From an uncultured delta proteobacterium (GTDB lineage Bacteria; Desulfobacterota; Desulfobacteria; Desulfobacterales; JAFDCJ01), in the NCBI GenBank assembly GCA_963769935.1, contig CAVYNY010000022.1, forward strand, positions 512,001 through 576,000: DNA of 64,000 nt, in the 5' to 3' direction. The notes below the pieces were generated by a model that worked only from the letters and a program-made list of their open reading frames with translations, was not told the origin of the DNA and ran no database searches. Positions 49,332 through 58,146 of the stretch are shown here, piece after piece; position 1 is the stretch's first letter; every line of letters starts with the position of its first letter. The position numbers and the translations under genes were made by a program.

Positions 49332-50177
49332 TCAGGCTGGGCATTCGGATCCCTGAATGGGATTGACTGTTCGGTGAATGGATTTAAGCTGGGCTAATAG
49401 ATCATAAATGGTGTCGAGCTTCAGGGAATTGGGGCCGTCACACAGGGCCCGCTCGGGTTCCGGGTGAACCTCCATGAAAATACCGTCCACCCCTGCCGCA
49501 ACAGCTGCTTTGGCCAGCATGGGAGCAAAATCACGCTGCCCCGCTGAGCTGGTACCCGCCCCCCCGGGAAGCTGCACGCTGTGAGTAGCATCAAAAATGA
49601 CCGGATAGCCGGTCCGGCGCATTATCATAAATCCTCGAAAATCCACCACCAGGTTATTATAGCCGAACATGGTACCGCGCTCGGTAATGAGAATCCGGCG
49701 GTTTCCGGTTGAAGTGATCTTTTCCACTACATTGGATATATCCCAGGGCGCCAGAAACTGTCCTTTCTTGATGTTCACCGGTTTGCCGGTTTGGGCGACG
49801 GCGGTAAGGACATCGGTCTGACGACACAGTAAGGCCGGGATCTGAATAATATCCAACACCCGGGCCGCTGCATCTATTTCGCTGATGCGATGAACATCGG
49901 AAAGGATGGGGACATCAAATTCTTTTTTAATTTCGGCCAGAACGCTGAGTCCATCGACCAATCCCGGCCCCCGGAAAGAATTTACCGATGTCCGGTTGGC
50001 TTTATCATAGGAAGCTTTGAATATAAATGGAATCTGCAGCCCGGCGGTAATCTCTTTGAGCTCAGCGGCAATCCCCCGGGTGGTTTCATAATTTTCGATC
50101 ACACAGGGTCCGGAGATCAGAACCAGGGGGCAGCCCTGGCCGAGAACAATGCTGCCTATTTTAATTGGGTGCGACAT
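49332..50177 (-). CDS. kdsA: KDO 8-phosphate synthase
   Basis: KASYDKANRTS, KKGQF, DATHSVQ. Confidence 0.97.
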   Translation of the reverse strand: MSHPIKIGSIVLGQGCPLVLISGPCVIENYETTRGIAAELKEITAGLQIPFIFKASYDKANRTSVNSFRGPGLVDGLSVLAEIKKEFDVPILSDVHRISEIDAAARVLDIIQIPALLCRQTDVLTAVAQTGKPVNIKKGQFLAPWDISNVVEKITSTGNRRILITERGTMFGYNNLVVDFRGFMIMRRTGYPVIFDATHSVQLPGGAGTSSAGQRDFAPMLAKAAVAAGVDGIFMEVHPEPERALCDGPNSLKLDTIYDLLAQLKSIHRTVNPIQGSECPA

Positions 50178-50179
50178 TT

Positions 50180-50440
50180 TTTGTTTGTTGAGTTTGTTGT
50201 GTTTGTTATGATCGTTGAGATCGTTATGATCGTTTGGATCGCCCCTTGGATCGGCCTGCCGCGCCGTAGCCTCGCGCGAAGGCGGGTTGGGATCGATTAG
50301 ACAGTTTAATGTTTCCGTTTCATCCCTTTCATCCTCTCAATTTTCGTTTCTCCGTCTCGCCGAATCCCCGTCTTACCCTCCCACCTTCTATTTTCCATCG
50401 CCTACATCCAGTATCGAGCATCCAGTATCCAGCATCCGGC
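50180..50440. repeat. 9-mer, 8-mer and 7-mer arrays plus a small palindrome upstream of kdsA
   Basis: (TTTGTTGAG)n, (ATGATCGTT)n, CCGTAGCCTCGCGCGAAGGCGG, (CATCCAG)n. Confidence 0.7.
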
Positions 50441-50570
50441 TCCCCCCATAGTCATCCCAAATTATCGTGCCGTCTGTCAAAAGTCAAGAAACGAAAACAG
50501 GCCTTGATTATCATTGATATAGTTGCTATTTATTCAACTTTAACTAATCAAAACGTATAATGTGGACGAC

Positions 50571-51959
50571 ATGAAAACTGAGAAAAAAAAGAATGCCAGA
50601 CTGTGGCTGATTATCATCGGGTGTGTGATCATCATCCTGCCCCTTGCATGGTTTTTAATGGTTCGCCTGGAAGGGCAGGAACCAGTTGTGGAAGTGGATC
50701 TGCTTTCGCCCTATCTGGGCCGCTCACAGGAGCTTACCGTATCCTTGTCCGATATCAAAAGCGGTTTGCGCAGTCTGTGGGTCGGGCTGCTGAAGGACGG
50801 CAAGGAGACCGTTCTGTACGATAAGGGGTTCCCTTCCGCCGGTGTGTTGAAAGGCGGAAGTGTCCATGAAACCTCGGTCAAAATACCGGTAGTACCCAAG
50901 GATTTGGGATTTTCCGACGGCAAGGCTACTCTGCGCATGGTGGTGCGGGATTATTCGTGGCGGGATTGGTGGAAGGGCAATAGAGCCTATGCCGAAAAAG
51001 AAGTCGTCATCGATACCCGGCCGCCCGGGATTGAAGTCTTGAGTCTCGCTCACAATATCAACCAGGGCGGGGCGGGTTTGGCGATTTTTCGCACCTCCGA
51101 GGATTGCTCCCAAAGCGGTGTGCAGGTCGGAGACAGATTTTACCCCGGCCATAAGGGTTATTTTAAAGATGGGCATGTCTATCTTGCGTTTTTTGCCCTC
51201 GGATACGACCAGGGGACCGATACCGCCATCCATATAATAGCCACCGACCTGGCCGGCAACCAGGGGCAGGGCGGTATGAATTATCACATCCGGCGTAAGG
51301 TTTTCAGAAAGGATCGCATTAACATAACCGATGATTTTATAAACAGCAAGCTGCCGGAATTTGCGGCCGAGATTCCGCAGGATGCAAAATTGTCGCCGGT
51401 GGAAAAATTTTTGACTATCAACCGGGATCTTCGAAAATCCAATTACCAGCAAATTGTCGAAGCCTGCCGCAATTCCAGTAACAAACTATATTGGCAGGGG
51501 GTGTTTTCAAGACTGCCGAATGCCGCCAGCCGGGCGCGATTTGCGGATCACCGCACCTATTTTTACAATGGAAAGGAAATTGACCGGCAGGTGCATCTGG
51601 GAATTGATCTGGCTTCGCTGGCCAACAGCCCGGTGCCGGTTGCCAATGCCGGCGTTGTTGTCCTGGCCCGCCCCCTGGGAATCTACGGCGGTACGGTGAT
51701 TGTCGATCACGGCTTCGATTTGTTCAGCATGTATTCGCATCTAAGTTTCATTGCTGTTAAACCGGGCGATCATTTAACCGCCGGCCAGATTCTGGGCCGC
51801 ACCGGCCACACGGGCCTGGCCGGCGGCGATCACCTGCATTTCAGCATGATCGTCCATGATACATTCGTCAATCCGGTGGAGTGGTGGGATGAACATTGGA
51901 TCCAAAACAATATCCTGTCAAAAATTGAGCAGGCCAAAAGCAGCCTAAAGCAGGAGTGA
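50571..51959 (+). CDS. M23 family metallopeptidase, membrane anchored
   Basis: HLGIDLA, YSHL, DHLHF; N-terminal TM. Confidence 0.9.
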   Translation: MKTEKKKNARLWLIIIGCVIIILPLAWFLMVRLEGQEPVVEVDLLSPYLGRSQELTVSLSDIKSGLRSLWVGLLKDGKETVLYDKGFPSAGVLKGGSVHETSVKIPVVPKDLGFSDGKATLRMVVRDYSWRDWWKGNRAYAEKEVVIDTRPPGIEVLSLAHNINQGGAGLAIFRTSEDCSQSGVQVGDRFYPGHKGYFKDGHVYLAFFALGYDQGTDTAIHIIATDLAGNQGQGGMNYHIRRKVFRKDRINITDDFINSKLPEFAAEIPQDAKLSPVEKFLTINRDLRKSNYQQIVEACRNSSNKLYWQGVFSRLPNAASRARFADHRTYFYNGKEIDRQVHLGIDLASLANSPVPVANAGVVVLARPLGIYGGTVIVDHGFDLFSMYSHLSFIAVKPGDHLTAGQILGRTGHTGLAGGDHLHFSMIVHDTFVNPVEWWDEHWIQNNILSKIEQAKSSLKQE

Positions 51960-51965
51960 CGGTGC

Positions 51966-53133
51966 ATGAAGAAGCACAAGGTCGGCAAAACGATCCAGCA
52001 AATCAATCAGAAAATAAAGTCCGGCGAGGTGGTCGTCGCCACGGCCGAAGAGATCATTGATATTGTCAAAAAAGAGGGACCCGTTGAAGCTGCGCGTCAG
52101 GTGGATGTGGTCACCACCGGGACCTTCGCTCCCATGTGTTCATCCGGCGCCTTTATCAATTTCGGTCATTCAACTCCCCCGATCAAAGCATCAAAGGTGT
52201 GGTTGAACAGGGTGCCTGCTTACGCCGGCGTCGCGGCGGTGGATTGCTATATCGGGGCGACGGAAGTCGCTGAAGACGATCCGTTGAACAAAGTATATCC
52301 CGGAGAATTTAACTACGGCGGAGGGCATGTCATTCAGGATCTGGCTGCCGGGAAAAAAGCTCCATCTTAAGGCCACGGCTTACGGGACCGACTGCTATCC
52401 CAACCGCCTGGTGGAAAAAGAAATTACACTGCGCACCCTGCCGCAGGCCACTCTATGCAATCCGAGAAACGGGTATCAGAACTATAACTGTGCCGTCAAT
52501 CTCACCAATAAAACCATTTACACCTACATGGGCGCTTTGAAACCCAGAGCAGGCAACGCCAATTACTGTTCGGCCGGTCAGTTGAGCCCTCTGTTCAATG
52601 ATCCGTATTATAAAACCATCGGTCTCGGCACACGGATTTTTTTAGGGGGCGGAGAAGGGTATGTGACCTGGCATGGAACCCAGCATAAGCCCTCCGCAAA
52701 AAGATCTCCCAAAGGGATTCCTCTGACACCGGCCGGAACTCTGTTCCTTATGGGGGATCTAAAACAGATGAGTCCGCAGTGGCTGGTCGGGGTCAGTATT
52801 CAGGGGTACGGATGCTCATTGGCAGTCGGTTTGGGAATCCCGATTCCGCTGTTGAATGAAGAAATCGCGGCTTACACAGCCGTGTCCGATGACGAGATTT
52901 TCACTCAAATCATCGATTATGGCAGTGACTATCCCAAGGGCATCTCCAAAAGCTACGGTCAGGTGAGCTACGCTGAACTCAAAAGCGGCTGGATAAATAT
53001 CAAGGGCCAGAAAGTCCCAACAGTTCCTCTGTCCAGTCTGGTAAAGGCCCGTGAGATTGCAGATATTCTGAAAAAAAGGATTTCCGAGGGAAAGTTCCTG
53101 CTGGGAGAACCGCAGTTCACGCTGCCGAACTAA
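51966..53133 (+). CDS. Homocysteine biosynthesis protein (DUF39), frameshift in A-run near 52355
   Basis: VDVVTTGTFAPMCSSG, YGGGHVI, NPRNGYQNY, SPLFNDP. Confidence 0.85.
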
Positions 53134-53296
53134 TTACTCCGCCCTCAAGAACAGCATATGCGGGATGAAATTTGCTCTTCTTTGACAATTGAAGAAAGTT
53201 GCCAGATCGGAGGTCCGGCGGATTAATTATTTAATGCTGCGCATTGTTTTATTCTAAAATTGAAAAGCCTGGTCCGCTGGGTAGGACTATTTACTT

Positions 53297-53875
53297 ATGT
53301 TGCAGACCTTACGATCCTTTATCGCGATTGAATTGCCGGAAGCGGTCGGTTCCCTGCTGGAAAAGGTCCAGCAGGATCTTAGGGCCTTGCACCTTAAGGC
53401 CGGATGGGTGCGGCCCCAAAACATCCATCTGACCCTCAAGTTTTTGGGCAATATCAAGACCGATGACATCGATAATATCGGCGTGGCCATGAAGGCCGCT
53501 GCAGAAGAATTCGAGCCGTTTACCCTGACCGTCGGCGGGATCGGCTTTTTCCCGGGCATCAAGCGACCCCGGGTCATCTGGGTCGGCGTCGGCGGACAAA
53601 CGCAGAACCTTTTCGCTTTGCAGCGCAGTCTGGAAGACCGGCTGGCCGCGGCCGACTTCCCGAAGGAGAAACGATCATTCAAAGGACATTTAACGCTGGG
53701 GCGCTTCAGGGACGGGCCGGATCCCGCTGTGATCCGCCGGATCATTCAGGAATACACGGATTTCGGCAAAGAAGAATTCCAGACCCGGCGGATCGTGTTG
53801 TTTAAAAGTGATTTGAAGCCTTCGGGGACGGTTTATTCACAGCTGCTGCAGGCCGGTCTGAAAAATGAATATTGA
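53297..53875 (+). CDS. thpR: RNA 2',3'-cyclic phosphodiesterase
   Basis: Two HxT motifs (HLTLKF, HLTLGR); upstream of recA. Confidence 0.92.
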   Translation: MLQTLRSFIAIELPEAVGSLLEKVQQDLRALHLKAGWVRPQNIHLTLKFLGNIKTDDIDNIGVAMKAAAEEFEPFTLTVGGIGFFPGIKRPRVIWVGVGGQTQNLFALQRSLEDRLAAADFPKEKRSFKGHLTLGRFRDGPDPAVIRRIIQEYTDFGKEEFQTRRIVLFKSDLKPSGTVYSQLLQAGLKNEY

Positions 53876-53950
53876 AAACTGTATATTGTATATTTGAGGA
53901 ATTCGCTGTGCTCAGTTTTTTTTTAAAATTCGATTTGATGGCATACCTTA

Positions 53951-53985
53951 ATTCGTCATTCGTCATTCGTCATTAGACATTTCCT
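53951..53985. repeat. (ATTCGTC)3 heptamers ending GTCATTAGACATTTCCT
   Basis: Resembles the right end of the 57960-58146 element. Confidence 0.6.
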
Positions 53986-54000
53986 ATGGGAGGAGAAAAT

Positions 54001-55032
54001 ATGTCTACTTCAGCAGATAAAGAAAAGGCCTTGGAATCAGCTCTGGCTCAGGTGGAGCGCCAATTCGGCAAAGGGGCCATCATGAAACTGGGCAGCAAGG
54101 AGGTAATGGAAGTGCCGGTAATCTCTACCACTTCCCTGTCCCTGGATAAAGCGTTGGGTATCGGAGGATTGCCCCGGGGCCGGGTGGTGGAAGTTTTCGG
54201 GCCGGAAGCCTCCGGTAAAACAACTCTGGCGCTGCATGCCGTGGCGGAAGCTCAGCGAAAGGGGGGTATTGCGGCCTTTATTGATGCCGAGCATGCCCTT
54301 GACGTCGCTTATGCCAGAAGACTGGGCGTCAATTGCGATGAACTGCTGGTATCGCAGCCCGATACCGGTGAACAGGCCCTCGAGATTACCGACATGCTGG
54401 TGCGAAGCGGGGCTATGGATGTCATCGTAATCGATTCGGTGGCGGCACTGGTTCCGCGGGCTGAAATAGAAGGTGAGATGGGGGATTCACACATGGGACT
54501 GCAGGCCAGACTGATGTCTCAGGCCCTCAGAAAATTAACCGGTTCCATCGGTAAAACCATGACAACCGTCATCTTCATTAACCAGATCCGCATGAAAATC
54601 GGCGTTGTTTTCGGTAACCCGGAAACCACGACGGGCGGCAATGCCCTGAAATTTTACGCGTCGGTCAGACTCGACATTCGACGGACCGGGTCCATCAAGG
54701 ACGGTCAGGAAGTCGTAGGAAACCGAACCCGGGTGCGAGTGGTCAAAAACAAGATGGCACCGCCGTTTACCGAAGCGGAATTCGACATTACTTACGGTGA
54801 AGGAATTTCAAGAACCGGCGATCTGGTGGATGTGGGAGTAGATGCCGGCATCATTGACAAGAGCGGTTCCTGGTATTCCTACAACGGAGAACGCATCGGC
54901 CAGGGACGGGAGAATGTTAAACGATTTCTTTCGGAAAACCGGGATATTTACGACAGCCTTTATCAAAAAGCCAGAGAGGCCCTGGGGTTTGTAAAAAAAG
55001 AGCCCGAAGCGGCTGTGGCAGAGGCTAAGTGA
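54001..55032 (+). CDS. recA: Recombinase A
   Basis: [30 protein letters not shown]. Confidence 0.99.
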   Translation: MSTSADKEKALESALAQVERQFGKGAIMKLGSKEVMEVPVISTTSLSLDKALGIGGLPRGRVVEVFGPEASGKTTLALHAVAEAQRKGGIAAFIDAEHALDVAYARRLGVNCDELLVSQPDTGEQALEITDMLVRSGAMDVIVIDSVAALVPRAEIEGEMGDSHMGLQARLMSQALRKLTGSIGKTMTTVIFINQIRMKIGVVFGNPETTTGGNALKFYASVRLDIRRTGSIKDGQEVVGNRTRVRVVKNKMAPPFTEAEFDITYGEGISRTGDLVDVGVDAGIIDKSGSWYSYNGERIGQGRENVKRFLSENRDIYDSLYQKAREALGFVKKEPEAAVAEAK

Positions 55033-55035
55033 TGA

Positions 55036-55320
55036 AAGACAGAGGACAGAAGTTATGAAGCGAAGAAGCTAAGAAGCTGAGCGGCTGGGAACGGCGCACG
55101 GCCCACGGCACAAGGCGCAAGGCAAAAATAACGAAGGCGGGGAGGTGTGTAGCACCTTACACCTTACACCTTACACCTAATACCTTATACCGTGCACCGT
55201 GAGCCTTGATCCGAACGCCCTGCGCCGTATTCTATCAACTATCAACAATGAACTATCAACCGTATAAACTCAACAAACACAACAAACTCAACGAACACAA
55301 TATACTCAATAAACACGCTA
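55036..55320. repeat. Stacked 7/8/9-mer tandem repeats between recA and alaS
   Basis: GACAGAG, AGAAGCT, GGCGCAC, (ACCTTAC)n, (CTATCAA)n, (ACAAACTCA)n. Confidence 0.75.
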
Positions 55321-55341
55321 CAGCGCGCAACGGAGCTTTTA

Positions 55342-57990
55342 ATGACAGGCAACGACACCCGCCGAGAATTTCTGGAATATTTTCAAAAACACAACCATCA
55401 GATTGTGCGAAGCTCTTCCCTCGTTCCCCAGGAAGACCCCACGCTGCTTTTCATCAACGCCGGGATGGTGCAGTTTAAGCGCGTTTTTCTGGGCGAAGAC
55501 AAAAGGGGCTATGTGCGGGCTACCACCTCACAGAAATGTGTGCGGGCCGGCGGCAAGCACAATGATCTGGAGAATGTCGGCTATACGGCCCGCCACCATA
55601 CTTTTTTCGAAATGCTGGGCAATTTTTCATTTGGCGATTATTTCAAAGCGGGCGCCATCGAGTTTGCCTGGGACCTTTTGACCAACGGGTATGGCCTGCC
55701 GGCGGACAAGCTGTGGGCCTCGGTTTACCTTGACGACGACGACGCCTATGATCTCTGGCACAAAACCGTCGGTCTGCCGCAAGATCGTATCGTAAGACTC
55801 GGGGAAAAGGATAATTTCTGGTCCATGGGGGATACGGGCCCCTGCGGACCCTGTTCGGAAATTCTGATCGACCGCGGTGAACAATTCGGCTGCGGCCGGC
55901 CGGAATGTACCGCCGGCTGTGAGTGTGACCGGTATCTGGAAATCTGGAACCTGGTTTTCATGCAGTTCAACCGTGATGAAGCCGGCAATCTGACGCCCCT
56001 GCCCAAGCCCAGCATTGATACAGGTATGGGGCTGGAACGGATCGTATCCATCATTCAGGATGTGCCCACCAATTTTGACACGGACCTCATCCGGCCCCTC
56101 ATTGAAAAAACCGAAAGCCTGGCTGAAAAAAATATGGCAGAATCCCGTGAGACCGAGGTGGCCATGAAAGTTATCGCCGACCACAGCCGGGCCGCCGCTT
56201 TTCTCATCGGTGACGGCATCCTGCCATCCAACGAAGGTCGGGGATATGTTCTGCGGCGCATCATGCGTCGGGCCATCCGTTTCGGGCGCAACATCGGGCT
56301 GCACAAGCCGTTTCTGTTTCAAACCGCCGAAGTCGTCTTTGATATCATGAAACAACCGTATCCCGAGCTTCACGATGCCGCCGCCTTTATCACCAATGTG
56401 ATAAAAAATGAGGAGATTCGGTTTCTGGAAACCCTGGATACGGGCATGAAATTATTAAATGACACTCTGTCCGAGATTAAAGCCCGCGGCCGGGACGAAG
56501 TGCCCGGTGAGGTCATCTTCAAACTGTACGACACATACGGGTTTCCGGTGGATATTGTGCAGGATGTCGTGCGGGATGAAGACATGCGTCTGGATATGGC
56601 CGGATTCAACCAAGCCATGGACCGGCAACGGGCGCGATCGCGATCGGTGGCGACGTTCGACCATATCAGCGAGGCCTATAAAAACCTTTCAGCCAAGGGT
56701 GCCAAGCCCGAGTTTGTGGGCTACGATTCCTTGACGGCCGAATCCACCATACTGGTGATCGTGGCCGATGGTGAAGAAATCACCGAAGCTTCCGAAGGCC
56801 GGCAGATTGAAGTCGTAACCGAAATTACTCCGTTTTATGCCGAGTCCGGCGGACAGGTCGGCGATACCGGAACCATAACCGCATCCGATGGCGAGATGCA
56901 GGTGCTCGACACGGTTAAAGATCCCACCGGGCTTATTATTCACAAATGCAGGGTTCTGGCGGGACGGGTCCGCAAAGGCCAGGCGGTCTCCTTAAAGGTG
57001 GACGGAACCAAGCGGCAGGCTACGGCCCTGAATCACACGGCCACTCATATTCTGCATGCAGCGTTGCGCCGGGTATTAGGCGACCATGTTAAACAGGCCG
57101 GCTCGCTGGTGGCGCCCGACCGGCTGCGGTTTGATTTCACGCATTTCTCCCACGTTGAGCCGGATACGGTGAACGCCATCGAAAGACTTGTCAATCAGCG
57201 CATCCGCGAAAACGTTTCCACCTCCACAGTGGAAATGGATGCCGAAGATGCTTTCAAATCCGGTGCCACCGCCCTTTTTGAAGAAAAATACGGCGATCGC
57301 GTTCGGGTTGTTTCATTGCCCGACTTCAGCAAAGAACTCTGCGGCGGGACCCATACCGATCGTACCGGCAACATCGGGCTTTTTATAATTGTAAGTGAAT
57401 CCAGCGTGGCATCCGGGGTCAGAAGAATTGAAGCCCTGACCGGCGAAGCTGCGCTGGCTTACAGCCAGCAGAATGCTAGGATTCTGCTGGAAACCGCCCA
57501 CCTGATTAAGGAGCAGACGTCCGGCATCCCCCGCCGGGTCAGGAAAATGCTGTCGGATATCAAAGCCTATGAAAAAGAGATCGCAGGGTTAAAAACCAGG
57601 CTGGCTTCCGACGACAGGGACACCGCGCCGGATGCCGTAAAATCAGTAAACGGCGTTAAGGTCGTGGCCAAAAGTGTGGCCGTGGATACGCCGGCGGCCC
57701 TGAGAAATCTGGCCGATCAGTGGAAGGATAAGATCAAATCGGGTATTGTTGTTCTGGGAAGCAAATCCGATGCGAAAGCCATGCTGATCGTTGTGGTCAC
57801 GCGGGATCTGACCAATAAATATCATGCCGGTAATATCGTTAAACAACTGGCGGCCGTGGTCGGCGGCAGCGGCGGAGGCAGGCCGGATATGGCCCAGGCC
57901 GGCGGAAACAAACCGGAAAATCTGGATCAGGCGCTGGAAAAGGTCTATGAGGTGGTCTCAGGAATGTCGAATGACAAACCTTTGGAATGA
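55342..57990 (+). CDS. alaS: Alanine--tRNA ligase
   Basis: NAGMVQFK, HHTFFEMLGNFSFGDYFK, NHTATH, ELCGGTH, GGGRPDMAQAG. Confidence 0.99.
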   Translation: MTGNDTRREFLEYFQKHNHQIVRSSSLVPQEDPTLLFINAGMVQFKRVFLGEDKRGYVRATTSQKCVRAGGKHNDLENVGYTARHHTFFEMLGNFSFGDYFKAGAIEFAWDLLTNGYGLPADKLWASVYLDDDDAYDLWHKTVGLPQDRIVRLGEKDNFWSMGDTGPCGPCSEILIDRGEQFGCGRPECTAGCECDRYLEIWNLVFMQFNRDEAGNLTPLPKPSIDTGMGLERIVSIIQDVPTNFDTDLIRPLIEKTESLAEKNMAESRETEVAMKVIADHSRAAAFLIGDGILPSNEGRGYVLRRIMRRAIRFGRNIGLHKPFLFQTAEVVFDIMKQPYPELHDAAAFITNVIKNEEIRFLETLDTGMKLLNDTLSEIKARGRDEVPGEVIFKLYDTYGFPVDIVQDVVRDEDMRLDMAGFNQAMDRQRARSRSVATFDHISEAYKNLSAKGAKPEFVGYDSLTAESTILVIVADGEEITEASEGRQIEVVTEITPFYAESGGQVGDTGTITASDGEMQVLDTVKDPTGLIIHKCRVLAGRVRKGQAVSLKVDGTKRQATALNHTATHILHAALRRVLGDHVKQAGSLVAPDRLRFDFTHFSHVEPDTVNAIERLVNQRIRENVSTSTVEMDAEDAFKSGATALFEEKYGDRVRVVSLPDFSKELCGGTHTDRTGNIGLFIIVSESSVASGVRRIEALTGEAALAYSQQNARILLETAHLIKEQTSGIPRRVRKMLSDIKAYEKEIAGLKTRLASDDRDTAPDAVKSVNGVKVVAKSVAVDTPAALRNLADQWKDKIKSGIVVLGSKSDAKAMLIVVVTRDLTNKYHAGNIVKQLAAVVGGSGGGRPDMAQAGGNKPENLDQALEKVYEVVSGMSNDKPLE

Positions 57991-58146
57991 CGAATGACGA
58001 TTGACGAATGAATAATAAAGGAATTCTGTCGTTTTATATTGGAACTATTGCTATGAAGAAAGGTAGAGCGACACGCGGCGCAAGCGCCTGCGCTGCGCGA
58101 GCGACTTCCACCATTCATCATTTGCCATTCGTCATTCGACATTCCT
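57960..58146. repeat. 187-bp element with perfect 16-bp terminal inverted repeats and GAATGAC heptamer arms
   Basis: AGGAATGTCGAATGAC (57960-57975) and GTCATTCGACATTCCT (58131-58146). Confidence 0.75.

Noticed and set aside
52350..52362. Programmed frameshift at AAAAAAG in the DUF39 gene
   Set aside because: Frame restoration needs removal of one A (+1), not the -1 shift this motif promotes; homopolymer error is more likely
48683..55320. CRISPR arrays
   Set aside because: Repeats are contiguous 7-9-mers with no spacers; no cas genes
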